Of a DNA stretch of 64,000 nt, positions 37,901 through 47,389 are shown in pieces. Position 1 is the stretch's first letter. Each line of letters starts with the position of its first letter. The notes beneath the pieces are model-generated. The model saw nothing but the letters and a program-made list of their open reading frames with translations, had not been told where the DNA came from and made no database searches. Source of the stretch: an uncultured Sphingomonas sp. (GTDB lineage: Bacteria; Pseudomonadota; Alphaproteobacteria; Rhizobiales; Rhizobiaceae); the NCBI GenBank assembly GCA_964658415.1, contig CAZZZI010000002.1:2391-66390 (forward strand), read 5' to 3'. The translations under genes were made by a program, and so were the position numbers.

Positions 37901-40033
37901 GATGTCGGAAGGCCTGAGGTCAGCGGGCTGGACGCGCTCAAGCTCCGCGACATTACGCTCAAAGGCGGGGTCGAGATCAGCGGCGGCGCGAGCAAGAATG
38001 AGCTTCGAGCGGACCGCACCGGACAGGTAGGCATCGGCCATCTGCCAGGAACCATCAGACGGATCGCGGAAGATCGCCTCGTCCAACTCTCCGAGAACAT
38101 CCTCAACGTCGCGATGCAGCAGCTCGGCGATATGATCGGGATCGACATGGCCGCGTTCGTTCAGAACAACCGCGAGCGCATCTGATGCCGAGGTGATCAC
38201 GGGCGCGGGCGGCGGGGCGATCACCCGTTCAGTAAAGATCGGACCGGGTTTGGCGGTGTTGGTTTCCAGATCGTAATCTTCGATCGAGGCCACCAGCCAG
38301 CAATCGGGATCATCGAGAAATGGCGCGATATTTGGCCGGCGATGAACCTCCCTGACCTCACCGGTTTCCGGATCCTCCGATGTCGAGACTGAGGTGAAGT
38401 TGATGGGACCGAACTCGCGCACGAAGCGCGACCAGGCGATGCGCAGCGCGACCTGCGCCTTTTGCCAGGGCTGGTCGCGCTCCTGAAGCTTGAGGATGAG
38501 CCGGACCGCGTCGCGGATCGGGATCAGCTTCCGGATGATCAGGGCGTGCTTGGCGAAGATGCCGTCGGTGCTGCGGCCCTTCCTGACTTCGACCGGGACA
38601 GCAACCCCGTCCACCACCTGCATCAGCGCCGTGGCCTTGCCGATGAAATAGCTGCCCTCGCGCACCTTTGGATCGGCGGGCCGCTCTGCCATGGCTTCCG
38701 CAACTTCGTCCTCGAGCGCGAAGTCGATTGTGGACGCCTCACCGTCGTAGATGTCGGCTGGTAGCTGACCGATCGCGGCGTTCAGGCTCGTCTCGAGATC
38801 ATCACCGATCGGGAGGCAGGTATAGGTCTCGCCGAAGGGACCTGACGTGATCGCATGCCGTCCCAGCACCATGTCGGGATGATCGACGAACCACCTGTTG
38901 ATACGGACGCTGTCGCCCACACCTTCCACCCTTACATCCGCGAGATCGACCCATCTGTCGTCTCCAGCCTGCTCTTCGACGCGGCGTTTCCTGAAGAAGA
39001 GGATATCGACGACGACATCCGTGCCAGCGTCTGCGCGAAAGCTGCCTTCGGGAAGGCGGATCGCGCCAATCAGATCGGCTATGCCGGCGATGTGTGCGCG
39101 GGCGCGGGCGTCTGCTTTGTCCATTGTGCCGGACGATGTGACGAAGGCGGCGAGCCCACCTGGCTTCAGCCGATCGATCGCCTTGGCAATGAAATAGTCA
39201 TGCAGCCGCAAGCCGAGAGAGCGGAACGCCGGATCACTTTTCACAGGGCGATCCGAGAACGGTGGATTGCCGATGGCGAGATCGAAATGTGCCGGCAACT
39301 CGGTCCGCGCGAAATCGCCATTGAGTATTCTGGCCCCCGGCTGCAGCAGTCGGGCGATACGGGCGGTAACGGGATCGAGCTCGATGCCGGTGACATGGCT
39401 CACCCTCGACAGCGCATCCGGGATCAGGGCCGGGAACATGCCCGTGCCGATGCCCGGCTCCAGGATCCGGCCACCGTTGAAGCCCATGCGGATCAAGCCC
39501 GACCAGATGGCACGAACGATAAAGTCCGGCGTGAAGTGGGCATATTGCGTGCAGCGCGCCAGAGATGCGTAATCACCGGGTGCTACGGCACTTTCGAGAT
39601 TGCCGCCGAGCTCCTCCCAGCCTTTGCGAAACGACATGTCGCCCGGACGGCGGAATATGCCGTTGGCCAGGTCCGATGCGCCGAAGCCGGTGAACTTGAT
39701 CAATCTGGCCTGCTGGTCAGGACGCGCCGGTAATCCCTGACGCTCGATCTCGCCCGCCAGCAGGATGGCGGCAATATTGTCGCGTGCCCGGTCGCGCCAG
39801 GATTTTGCGAGACCGCGAGAACCCTGCAGCCGGAAATCCATCTTTGCCCGCATCTGCGTTGTTCGCTTTGGTTCTTTGCGAACTGGGACTGCAGGTGCCG
39901 GCGTCGATGGTGGCGGGTCATCGTTGAGATCGCTCCTGAGCTGCGCTGTGAAACCCGGCACACCGAGATCGAAGCCGGATGAGAGAGCTGTATTGCCGAA
40001 CAGGTCGGTGATGGAAGGATCGTCATGCGCCAT
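34946..40033 (-). CDS. DarB-like N6-adenine methyltransferase + SF2 (SNF2-like) helicase fusion
   Basis: ILEPGIGTG, IGNPPF, HAVGAGKT, VDEAQEF, SGTPITN, GTGVNVQ, QREGRIIRQGN. Confidence 0.92.
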   Translation of the reverse strand: MAHDDPSITDLFGNTALSSGFDLGVPGFTAQLRSDLNDDPPPSTPAPAVPVRKEPKRTTQMRAKMDFRLQGSRGLAKSWRDRARDNIAAILLAGEIERQGLPARPDQQARLIKFTGFGASDLANGIFRRPGDMSFRKGWEELGGNLESAVAPGDYASLARCTQYAHFTPDFIVRAIWSGLIRMGFNGGRILEPGIGTGMFPALIPDALSRVSHVTGIELDPVTARIARLLQPGARILNGDFARTELPAHFDLAIGNPPFSDRPVKSDPAFRSLGLRLHDYFIAKAIDRLKPGGLAAFVTSSGTMDKADARARAHIAGIADLIGAIRLPEGSFRADAGTDVVVDILFFRKRRVEEQAGDDRWVDLADVRVEGVGDSVRINRWFVDHPDMVLGRHAITSGPFGETYTCLPIGDDLETSLNAAIGQLPADIYDGEASTIDFALEDEVAEAMAERPADPKVREGSYFIGKATALMQVVDGVAVPVEVRKGRSTDGIFAKHALIIRKLIPIRDAVRLILKLQERDQPWQKAQVALRIAWSRFVREFGPINFTSVSTSEDPETGEVREVHRRPNIAPFLDDPDCWLVASIEDYDLETNTAKPGPIFTERVIAPPPAPVITSASDALAVVLNERGHVDPDHIAELLHRDVEDVLGELDEAIFRDPSDGSWQMADAYLSGAVRSKLILARAAADLDPAFERNVAELERVQPADLRPSDITARLGAPWIPAEDVVAFVKQTMEAEISIHHLPELATWTVNARQLEWSASGTTEWGTHRRHAGQLLSDALNSSLPQIFDTIRDGETERRVLNTVETEAAKEKLAKIKASFQSWIWSDPDRTDRLARVYNDTFNNIAPRSFNGDHLQLPGASGAFSLYGHQKRGIWRIISAGATYLAHAVGAGKTLTMAAAIMEQRRLGLINKAMLVVPGHCLAQAACEFLALYPNARILVADETNFVREKRHRFLSRAATSNWDAVIITHSAFRFIAVPSAFEAQMIHNELELYEELLIKVDSQDRLSRKRIERMKEGHKERLEALATRKDDLLTISELGIDQIIVDEAQEFRKLSFATNMATLRGVDPNGSQRAWDLFVKSRFIETKNSGRALVLASGTPITNTLGEMFSVQRMMDLQALSERGLHEFDAWASTFGDTSTELELQPSGKYKPVTRFSQFVNVPELIAMFRSFADVVLPADLRTYVKVPDVSGGKRQIVTAEPTAAFKAYQKQLDARIKAIEMRDGPAKPGDDILLSVITDGRHAAIDLRLVDQAMGNEGANKLNALVANAHRIWQETGQAEYRRKDGNPFDRPGAGQLIFSDLGTVNVEASRGFSAYRWIRDELVRLGVPASEIAFMQDYKKSDAKQRLFNDFNAGKVRVLIGSSETMGTGVNVQARLKALHHLDVPWLPSQIEQREGRIIRQGNQHDEVDVFAYATLGSLDATMWQNNERKARFIAAALSGDTSVRRLEDMAEGQANQFAMAKAIASGDERLMQKAGLEAEIARLDRLRAAHIDDQHAIRRQIRDAERDIEFSSRRIEDVGKDIELLAPTSGDAFVMQVGEDTFDERKLAGRVLMKEILTLVQLQEEKEVIIATIGGFDLAYHGERFGKDGYCYKTRLRRTGGDYEIDLPVTTTPIGAISRLEHVLGGFEHERESHRNRLIDGKRRLASYTPRLGERFSFEAELELKLSQLDEIERDLAATADAPEEDRQEAA

Positions 40034-40133
40034 TGGAAAAACTCCTGTGAGTGGGCGCGCCGAGACACACTCGCGGGAAGAAGCGGGCGTTTTCAGGCTG
40101 CTGATGGTGGAGGTTTGGAAATGAAGGCTGCGG

Positions 40134-40739
40134 TCAGGCAGCGATGGTTCCCGGAAGTCGACGGAACTGCACCGGAAGCTTGGCGGCAATCTCCTCGTCG
40201 GTCAGATCGTCGAGCAACTTCCAGATCTTGCCTTGGGCTGAGGGATAAACGAGCACGATCTGGCGATTGCGCAGATCGGCCGGAAAGCGACCGTCGGCAT
40301 AACCACGAAAATCCGGACCTGTCGCGCTCCAGATGTGATCGAGCTTTTCTTGGTCGCTCATGGCGGGCACCGGCCGGGACTCACGAGCGATGATTTCGGC
40401 GCGCATCCGGTCGGGCGACTGGCGATCGCTAAGATCGCAATAGCCGTGAAACCAGCGGCGGCGATCGTCGATCGTCAGCGCGAAAAAGACGCTTGTGACG
40501 CTGGCAGCCAGAAACTCCCGCATGGCGAACATGTCGCCGCGATAGAAGAGCGGCGGCACAATTTCGAACATGTGCTCGTGATCGGCTTCTGATATCTCAA
40601 ACCACTCGCCTGTATATCGCGTGCCGTTTATCCTGTTATCGTCGAACGGCGCCTGGGCGTGCCGGTTGAATAGCGCATACATCTCGTGCCGACTGGCGAC
40701 ACCTTCGAAAACCTTGCGGATTGCGGGAGAAACGAACAC
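40134..40739 (-). CDS. DUF1419 family protein
   Basis: IRKVFEGVASR..MY.LF.RH, GEWFEI...M.E..PPL, FHGYCDL. Confidence 0.75.
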   Translation of the reverse strand: MFVSPAIRKVFEGVASRHEMYALFNRHAQAPFDDNRINGTRYTGEWFEISEADHEHMFEIVPPLFYRGDMFAMREFLAASVTSVFFALTIDDRRRWFHGYCDLSDRQSPDRMRAEIIARESRPVPAMSDQEKLDHIWSATGPDFRGYADGRFPADLRNRQIVLVYPSAQGKIWKLLDDLTDEEIAAKLPVQFRRLPGTIAA

Positions 40740-40869
40740 TTGTGGCTCCTTCGGGGTTGCGACTGAAGCGAAGCCTGATCGACGTCTCTGTTCAGTCCTT
40801 TGATCACCCCTCCTCAGCGGGCGCCTCGCGGGCAGCGGGTCAAGGGCCGCCGTCAGGCGGGCGGCGGCT

Positions 40870-41805
40870 TCACCCTTGATGCGCTGTCCGCGTATGCGGC
40901 AGCTCTCCTCTCTCCCTCATCTCCTTCAATTGCTCATTCCAGTCTCCACATCGCGGCCTCACCCGCGAGAAATCGCAACCGGTGCTATCCGCCATCTGGC
41001 GCAGGCGATCGGCAAAAACCTCACCCTGGACATTGTTGTCTGTCGCGGCCACCAGCCACGCGCCCTCCCCGGAGGCTAGGTTTTCCAACGCGAGCGCGGT
41101 TAGCGGCGACCAACCGCCTCCGGTGCTGACATAGAGCGTGTCGGATCTTGTCTGCTCGAACGCGGTCAAGCTGAGCGCATCGATCGCCGCCTCTGTGACA
41201 CAAATCCGACGAGCGTCATTCATTCCAAACTGGAAGAGCGTCTTGGCGCCACCGGTGGAAAACCCGCGCCACTCGGGACCTCGCTCTTCCCAGCCGATGA
41301 CGGCGCCAGCCGCATCGACATGTTTTGCCCACATCGAGCCATATGGGCCTTCTCGAAGCACATCTGCTTCAATCGCGGCTGAAATGACTTGCCATGGCAG
41401 CGCCCGGCATTGTTGGAGGTAAGTCCACGTCGCCGATCCGCGCCACGGCCGTTTTCTTTGGTTCCAGCGGTCAGCGACGGCAGCCTCTGTTTGGGTTTGA
41501 CGGAGAGGCTTCTCCCAGGTCGGTACGGTTGGCTGAAACGCGACCAGATCGCCGACCACCGCCAGGGCCTCGGCAAATCCGATCCCATGGAGATAGCCTG
41601 CGAGCGCGAAAACATCGCCCTTGGCATCCGAACGAGCGTCGAACCAGCCCCTGTCGTCGTGGATCACGATGATGACGTCGTCGTCGCGGCGGAATTTGAT
41701 TGCCCGGCGCGTGCTTTCTTTTCTGTCTATCGCGAAGCCCTCATGCTCAAGGACGGCTGCGCAGCCCACCCGGGTACGCAGCTCTTCGATGTCATTCTTT
41801 TCCAT
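40870..41805 (-). CDS. DUF3991 + Toprim (primase-like) protein
   Basis: ESTRRAIKFRR, GWEERGP, CVTEAAIDALS, VSTGGG, ATDNN..GE. Confidence 0.85.
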   Translation of the reverse strand: MEKNDIEELRTRVGCAAVLEHEGFAIDRKESTRRAIKFRRDDDVIIVIHDDRGWFDARSDAKGDVFALAGYLHGIGFAEALAVVGDLVAFQPTVPTWEKPLRQTQTEAAVADRWNQRKRPWRGSATWTYLQQCRALPWQVISAAIEADVLREGPYGSMWAKHVDAAGAVIGWEERGPEWRGFSTGGAKTLFQFGMNDARRICVTEAAIDALSLTAFEQTRSDTLYVSTGGGWSPLTALALENLASGEGAWLVAATDNNVQGEVFADRLRQMADSTGCDFSRVRPRCGDWNEQLKEMRERGELPHTRTAHQG

Positions 41806-41980
41806 ATCACTTCCCTTTACTTTCCTGACTTTTCGGACTGGCAGCGCCCAGGCCGCGAAGATGGAAGCGCGCAAGGGCGCGGTTCGAAATGTGCAGATCT
41901 GCCGGACAAGCTCGCGGCGAAGCCTCTCTTGCGCGCGCATCAGCGCAAGCGGTACGCCTTCCCCCGAAGGGGTGATCGGC

Positions 41981-42160
41981 TCAATGAGCCGATCTATAGG
42001 CAAAGGGGTCATATTCGTTGATGATGGCGTCTTCATCGCCGTCATACTCGGCGGAAGGCATGACGCCGATCTCGCCATCGATTTCGAAGAGGGTGACCGG
42101 GACCATCAGGGTCCGGGCAAGATCGAATGCTTGGTTTTGTGCGAGGCTGAGATCCGACAT
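41981..42160 (-). CDS. Small acidic hypothetical protein (59 aa)
   Basis: MSDLSLAQNQAFDLARTLMVPVTLFEIDGEIGVMPSAEYDGDEDAIINEYDPF; GGAG RBS. Confidence 0.7.
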   Translation of the reverse strand: MSDLSLAQNQAFDLARTLMVPVTLFEIDGEIGVMPSAEYDGDEDAIINEYDPFAYRSAH

Positions 42161-42865
42161 GTGAGGCTCCATCCGTTGGCGGGGCCGATCCCCGCTCGAT
42201 GGCGCCCGTTCGATCCGGACCCGGCCGCGGTCACCGCGCAGGCGTAGCAGAAGAGGTCGCAGTAGCTGCGAACCCCTTGCGGGTTGACCGTCCAAGGACG
42301 GGACTGGATTAGGGATGCCAGACAAGAGAGCTGGGTTCGGCAACGCTGGCGGCTGGTGCGACCGTGCGTGCGCCTAAACCAAAACCTACTACGCAGATCA
42401 ACTGCCCTGAATGCTCATCTGCTAACGCGCGAAGGCGGGAATAAATCTTCGCTGAGGCAATCTGGCGACGTCTAGTGAAACGACCGGAAAGGTGTTGCGG
42501 TTGCTCTTATATGGCTGCAGCATTGGCAGGAATTCTGATGCGGGTCGCATAGGCTCTCGAAGGGTGTCCAACCCTGCTGAACTTGACGAAGCCGTCATGT
42601 TAACCTATATGTACGTCGTGGCATAAAGAGCATTTTTAGTCGGCTTCACCTGTGAATTGGCCCGCTCATGTGGATGGTAAGCTTTACAGGAAGCTTATCT
42701 GCTGGACATTAGGTTGGTCTCCGAACCCTTGAGCTAAGGCGACACTGCTACTGCAATCACACCAGTTTTCACACCACGGTTCCCACACCTACCTGCACGA
42801 CTGCGGCTGGTCGATCGCAGCAGTTGAAAGGTATCGAACGTACGACAGCTATCTGCACACTGCCG

Positions 42866-43285
42866 TTATCTGGACCAGGGATTGATCACTTTCAGCCCAG
42901 CAGCCTCGAAAGGGCTTGTGTCGAGAGTTGCGACGGCGAGGCCGTTTGCTGCCGCTGTGGCTGCAATGTAGCCGTCAGCCGTGCCGATCGCTTTCCCGGA
43001 TACTCTAGCGCGTGTCATCATTTCGGAATAAAACTGAGAAGTAGCCAGATCGAAGGACAGGACACGTCCGGAAAAGTGGGGCAGCACTTCGCCCTCAAGC
43101 CGGTCGCCAAGGATAGTTTGCCGTTTTCCTGGCGGCATAGCAGCGATCCCGAAGCGAAGTTCAGCAATCGTTATTGTGGAGAGGAACAGCGTTTCGATAG
43201 CTTGGGCGTCCAACCATGCAATCACTGCCACATCAGGAACCAGTGTCCAAGGCTCGGATATAACGTTGGTATCGAGCAAGATCAT
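42866..43285 (-). CDS. vapC: PIN-domain toxin VapC/FitB
   Basis: MILLDTNVISE, ITIAELRFG, ADGYIAATA, INPW. Confidence 0.95.
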   Translation of the reverse strand: MILLDTNVISEPWTLVPDVAVIAWLDAQAIETLFLSTITIAELRFGIAAMPPGKRQTILGDRLEGEVLPHFSGRVLSFDLATSQFYSEMMTRARVSGKAIGTADGYIAATAAANGLAVATLDTSPFEAAGLKVINPWSR

Positions 43286-43536
43286 TCGAAGGTCATCGGT
43301 TCAGCAGGTGTTTTGTCGCGAGTATTCTGCAGGGCTTCAGCGTCGCTGTCGGGGAGCTCGGCATCACGACGAATGGCCGTCAGCAGGGAACCGAGTTTAA
43401 CACGTTCAGGAGGACGAACAGCGGCTTCAATAATGTCACGGATCTCGGCCTCGGTGCTCCGGCCATGATGAGCCGCTCGCACCCGCAGAGCACGATGTGT
43501 TTCGTCAGAAAGGTTCCGAATGGTCACTGCCGGCAT
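43282..43536 (-). CDS. RHH antitoxin FitA/StbC-like
   Basis: MPAVTIRNLSDETHRALRVRAAHHGRSTEAEIRDI; ATGA overlap with the toxin. Confidence 0.92.
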   Translation of the reverse strand: MPAVTIRNLSDETHRALRVRAAHHGRSTEAEIRDIIEAAVRPPERVKLGSLLTAIRRDAELPDSDAEALQNTRDKTPAEPMTFE

Positions 43537-43575
43537 TGATATCATCCCCATAGATATGATGGATTTGATATCAAA
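43537..43575. promoter_or_regulatory. TA autoregulatory operator, two TGATATCA palindromes
   Basis: TGATATCA 43537-43544 and TTTGATATCAAA 43564-43575; resembles the FitAB site TGCTATCA. Confidence 0.7.
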
Positions 43576-43787
43576 ATATGCAGAATGACGCAAACTTCAA
43601 GGGGTTATCAATGCGCATCCCGTTTATCTGAATATCCCGCCTTGATAGGATTTGAACCGCCGACCACTCAGTCTAAAAACTTTATTTATACCGAAATCAA
43701 GAGGATGAAGCGTACCCATTTATGGAACTTTGTCTGATCGAGAGCCCGCGCACTGACGCGATGCAAGATATTCTCGCCGGAACGAAA

Positions 43788-44732
43788 TCAGTAGCCGCGC
43801 GCCATGTTGACGGTTGGCGGCAATTGGCCGGTTCTGCGATAGTCGCCGATATTCTTCGCCACGATGGCAGCCGCTGTTTCGGCATCGGTTGGCGCCGAGA
43901 TGTGCGGCAGGATGGTGATCGACGCATGTTGCCACAGCCGGCTATCGGCAGGCAGCGGCTCGACTTCAAACACATCAAGCACGGCGTGCTTGATGTGACC
44001 GCTCTCGAGAGCCGCAACGAGATCGGCCGTCATGACGATCTTTCCCCGCGCGAAATTGATCAGGGAAGCTCCGGACTTCATGCGGGAGAAGAAATCGGCA
44101 TCCAGCAGGCCCGACGTTTCATCGGTCAGCGGCAACAGGCAGGCCAGAATATCGCTTTTTGCCACGACCTCGTCGAGGCCGTCAGCACCAGCATATGTTT
44201 CAATATCGGCGAGCTGTTTTGGCGAGCTGCTCCAACCGGCAACCTTGAACCCGGCATCCCGCAATCGAAATGCCGCCGCTGCTCCAAGTGCACCCAGTCC
44301 CAGAAGACCGACGGTGACGCTATCGGGTCGACGATAGGGTAGCTGATGCCAGTTCCCATCGCGCTGCTGGGAGGCATAGGCAGGCATGTCACGGAACAGG
44401 TAATAGGTCCAAGCCAGCACAGCCTCGGCCATGGTGCGTGAAAGCTGGGGATCAACAAGCCTGACAATCGGCTTGGCCGTCGCACCCAATTCGCCGACGA
44501 GCCGCTCGACACCCGCCCAAAGGCTGTGAATCCATACTAGGCCCGGCAGCTGCAGCAGGTCTGCGGGATCAGGATTGGCGACAATTGCGATATCGACTTC
44601 AGCCCGCTCCGCAGCACTCAGCGACTGGAAGGACATGATGCGCTCGCCAGTCATGATACCCGACAGTCGGTTGACCCAGGCTGCCTCGCCCGAAGCGTCC
44701 AGGCGGGTAACAACTGCTATTATATTCTGCAT
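43788..44732 (-). CDS. D-2-hydroxyacid dehydrogenase (GhrA-like)
   Basis: AGVE, GLGALG, LPLTDET, INFARG, LDVFEVEPL, PHISA. Confidence 0.9.
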   Translation of the reverse strand: MQNIIAVVTRLDASGEAAWVNRLSGIMTGERIMSFQSLSAAERAEVDIAIVANPDPADLLQLPGLVWIHSLWAGVERLVGELGATAKPIVRLVDPQLSRTMAEAVLAWTYYLFRDMPAYASQQRDGNWHQLPYRRPDSVTVGLLGLGALGAAAAFRLRDAGFKVAGWSSSPKQLADIETYAGADGLDEVVAKSDILACLLPLTDETSGLLDADFFSRMKSGASLINFARGKIVMTADLVAALESGHIKHAVLDVFEVEPLPADSRLWQHASITILPHISAPTDAETAAAIVAKNIGDYRRTGQLPPTVNMARGY

Positions 44733-44776
44733 GTCTTCCTCAGGTGTTTGCGCTCAACCAGGCCATGGCCGTATCG

Positions 44777-45733
44777 CTACTTATGGCGATGCGCAGCCAG
44801 CAATGCCAGCAGTTCCGCCATGACGGTCGCAGCAAGCAGAGCCGTTATCTGTCCGGGGCCATCATAGAGCGGGTTGACCTCGACCACGTCGCAGCCGACG
44901 AAATTGATGTTCTTGAGTGCTCTCAACAGCAACAGCGTCTCGCGCGCGGAAGGGCCGCCGGCTTCCGGCGTCTCGACGCCTGGCGCGGCAGCGGGATCGA
45001 CGAAATCCATGTCGAAAGTGATGAAGGCTGGACGTCCTGCAGCACGCTTGGCGATGCGGTCCGCGAGCGCAGGGATACCAATCTCGAAGATATGATCTGT
45101 TGTCACAACGTCATAACCCAGATCGATCGACTGGCTTATGTCAGTCGGTTGAAAGAGCGATCCACGCAGGCCTATCTGTATCGAGTGTTGCGGATCAACG
45201 ATGTTTTCTTCAACGGCCCGACGGAAAGGCGTCCCGGCGCTGTATTTCTTGCCGCCAAAGTAATTGTCCCAGGTATCGCTGTGGGAATCGAAATGGATAA
45301 GTGCCAGGGGGCCATGCCTGGTTGCCACGGCGCGCAGTTCTGCCAGCGTCACGGAATGGTCTCCACCAATCCCACAGGGCACGATGCCGCGCTGAACCAA
45401 GGCCGAGACCGAGCGCTCCAGACATTCCAGCGTTTCCATTTCATAACCGGGAACGACAGTCGAATCACCGACATCGGCCACCCGCAATGCCTCGAAGATG
45501 TTGATGTTGTTACGATAGGGATTGATCGGCCTGAGCATGACGGAGGCCGTTCGGACAGCATTCGGCGCGAACCGTGCGCCGGTGCGGTATGGCGCACCGG
45601 AATCGGCCGGCAGGCCGATGATGGCTGCATCCAGTCCGTCCAGCTCCGCGGCCAACGGCAACCGCATGAAGGTTGGAGGACCGCAAAAGCGAGGCGTTTC
45701 CAGAGAGTTTACGGGCAGCACAGACATCGACAA
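44777..45733 (-). CDS. Ureohydrolase (agmatinase family)
   Basis: GARFAP, GGDHSVT, FDSHSD, DMDFVDP..APG, VEVNP. Confidence 0.92.
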   Translation of the reverse strand: MSMSVLPVNSLETPRFCGPPTFMRLPLAAELDGLDAAIIGLPADSGAPYRTGARFAPNAVRTASVMLRPINPYRNNINIFEALRVADVGDSTVVPGYEMETLECLERSVSALVQRGIVPCGIGGDHSVTLAELRAVATRHGPLALIHFDSHSDTWDNYFGGKKYSAGTPFRRAVEENIVDPQHSIQIGLRGSLFQPTDISQSIDLGYDVVTTDHIFEIGIPALADRIAKRAAGRPAFITFDMDFVDPAAAPGVETPEAGGPSARETLLLLRALKNINFVGCDVVEVNPLYDGPGQITALLAATVMAELLALLAAHRHK

Positions 45734-45835
45734 TCGTCCTCCGCTTTCGAACGCCAGGGGTCCATAGGTTCCGCAAGCGCAAAGGTTCGCCGTGGCAAGT
45801 GCTGCCTGCCACGGCGTTCAACAGAACACTGATGA

Positions 45836-46624
45836 TTATTGAATCGTCTTGATCGGGTTCTTCGGGGCTGGATCGAAGCCGACCAGGTCCGTCGTCAGCT
45901 TTGCGTATGTGCCGTCGGCGATCATGTCGGCGAGTGCCTTGTTGACTGCCTTGACCAGTTCAGGCTTGCCCTTCTTGATGGCAAAACCCTTCTGGATGTG
46001 GCTGAGGAAATCAGGGAGCACGACCAGCGGCATGTTTGCCGACTTGATCATGTAGCCGGCGCCGATGGCGTCGGTGATTTCAGCATCGATGTTGCCGTTG
46101 ATCAGATCCTGAATCCCGTCGGTTTCAGCCTTGTAGGATTTTACGGTAGCGCCCTTTTCTTCTGCAATCTTTGCGAATGTTGAGGAAGCCAGAGCGCCCA
46201 CGGTCTTGCCCTTGAGGTCGTCAGGCGTCTTGATCGTCGAGTCTTTCGCGACAACGGCAACGGCACCCGATTCCAGCCAGCCGTCGGCAAAGACGACCTG
46301 CTTCTGGCGCTCTGGCGTGATGTCCATGGCGTCGCTGGTGATGTCGTATTGATCGGCCTGAAGCCCGACCAGCAGCGATTCCCACTTGATGATGACAGGC
46401 GTGTATTCAAGGTTGAGGCGCTTGCAGATTTCTTTCATGACGCGCATTTCGAGGCCGTCGAGGCTGCCGTCGGCGGCACGCATGCTGAAGGGCGGGAAGG
46501 TGCCCTCGGTGGCGACCAGCAACTTGCCCGGCTGCAGCAGTTCGAGATCGGCAGCCGAAGCCGGCGTCTGGATGGAAAAGGCGGCCGCTGCAGCAAAGGC
46601 AAGGGCGATAATCTGGCGTTTCAT
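45836..46624 (-). CDS. Polar amino-acid ABC substrate-binding protein
   Basis: Signal peptide; TEGTFPPF, WESLLVGL, ITPERQK. Confidence 0.92.
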   Translation of the reverse strand: MKRQIIALAFAAAAAFSIQTPASAADLELLQPGKLLVATEGTFPPFSMRAADGSLDGLEMRVMKEICKRLNLEYTPVIIKWESLLVGLQADQYDITSDAMDITPERQKQVVFADGWLESGAVAVVAKDSTIKTPDDLKGKTVGALASSTFAKIAEEKGATVKSYKAETDGIQDLINGNIDAEITDAIGAGYMIKSANMPLVVLPDFLSHIQKGFAIKKGKPELVKAVNKALADMIADGTYAKLTTDLVGFDPAPKNPIKTIQ

Positions 46625-46723
46625 GTCTGTTCCCTTCTCATTCTTGTTCAAGATCCCTTGTCAATCGATGACAAGGGGTCGGTGTTCTTCGGGCCCGATG
46701 CCCGACGAATAGGATGTATCGGT

Positions 46724-47389
46724 TCAGGTTTGCAGCGCGTAGCGACGCTCCAGCCAGCCGGCCAGCTGTGTCAGGATGCTGGTGAGCAGCAGGTAAATCA
46801 CGGCGACGGCGATGTAGAAGTCGAACGGCCGGAAGGTCATGGCGATCAGCGTCTGGGCATAGAGCGTCAGTTCAACGACGGTGATGGTCGACAGCAGCGA
46901 GGTGTTCTTCAGTGTCGAGATCGCCTCGTTGGTCAGCGACGGCAGAACGATGCGAAACACCTGCGGCAGGATGATGGTGCGCATCGTCGCGGCTTGGCTG
47001 AAGCCGATCGCGAGAGCGGATTCCGTCTGTCCGCGCGGGATGGCCGAAAGCCCGCTGCGGATGATTTCCGCAACATAGGCGCCGCTGTTGATACCGAGCG
47101 CCAGCACGCCTGCGGTGAATGGCGAGAGCCTGATGCCGATCTGTGGAAAGCCAAAATAGACCACGAAGATCTGGATGATCGTCGGCGTGCCACGGATGAA
47201 CCAGATGTAGAAAGCCGTGATGGAGCGTACTATCTTCCATTTCGCCCTTTGCCCGAGGGCGGCGAGAAGGCCGCAGATCCAGCTAACGACAATGGTCAAT
47301 ACGGTCAGCCACAGGACCGTCCAGGAGGCCATCAGGAATCCGAGGCCGTACTGCCTGACATCCGCTATGAAATTCGCAAGCATGGTCAT
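46724..47389 (-). CDS. Amino-acid ABC permease
   Basis: [29 protein letters not shown]. Confidence 0.95.
   Translation of the reverse strand: MTMLANFIADVRQYGLGFLMASWTVLWLTVLTIVVSWICGLLAALGQRAKWKIVRSITAFYIWFIRGTPTIIQIFVVYFGFPQIGIRLSPFTAGVLALGINSGAYVAEIIRSGLSAIPRGQTESALAIGFSQAATMRTIILPQVFRIVLPSLTNEAISTLKNTSLLSTITVVELTLYAQTLIAMTFRPFDFYIAVAVIYLLLTSILTQLAGWLERRYALQT

Noticed and set aside
40802-41977. GATCACCCC / GGGGTGATC inverted pair flanking the Toprim gene
   Set aside because: Only 9 bp, no transposase or target duplication; could be chance
42330-42860. Non-coding gap between the leading region and vapC
   Set aside because: No convincing ORF, repeat or IS end found; probably decayed junction sequence
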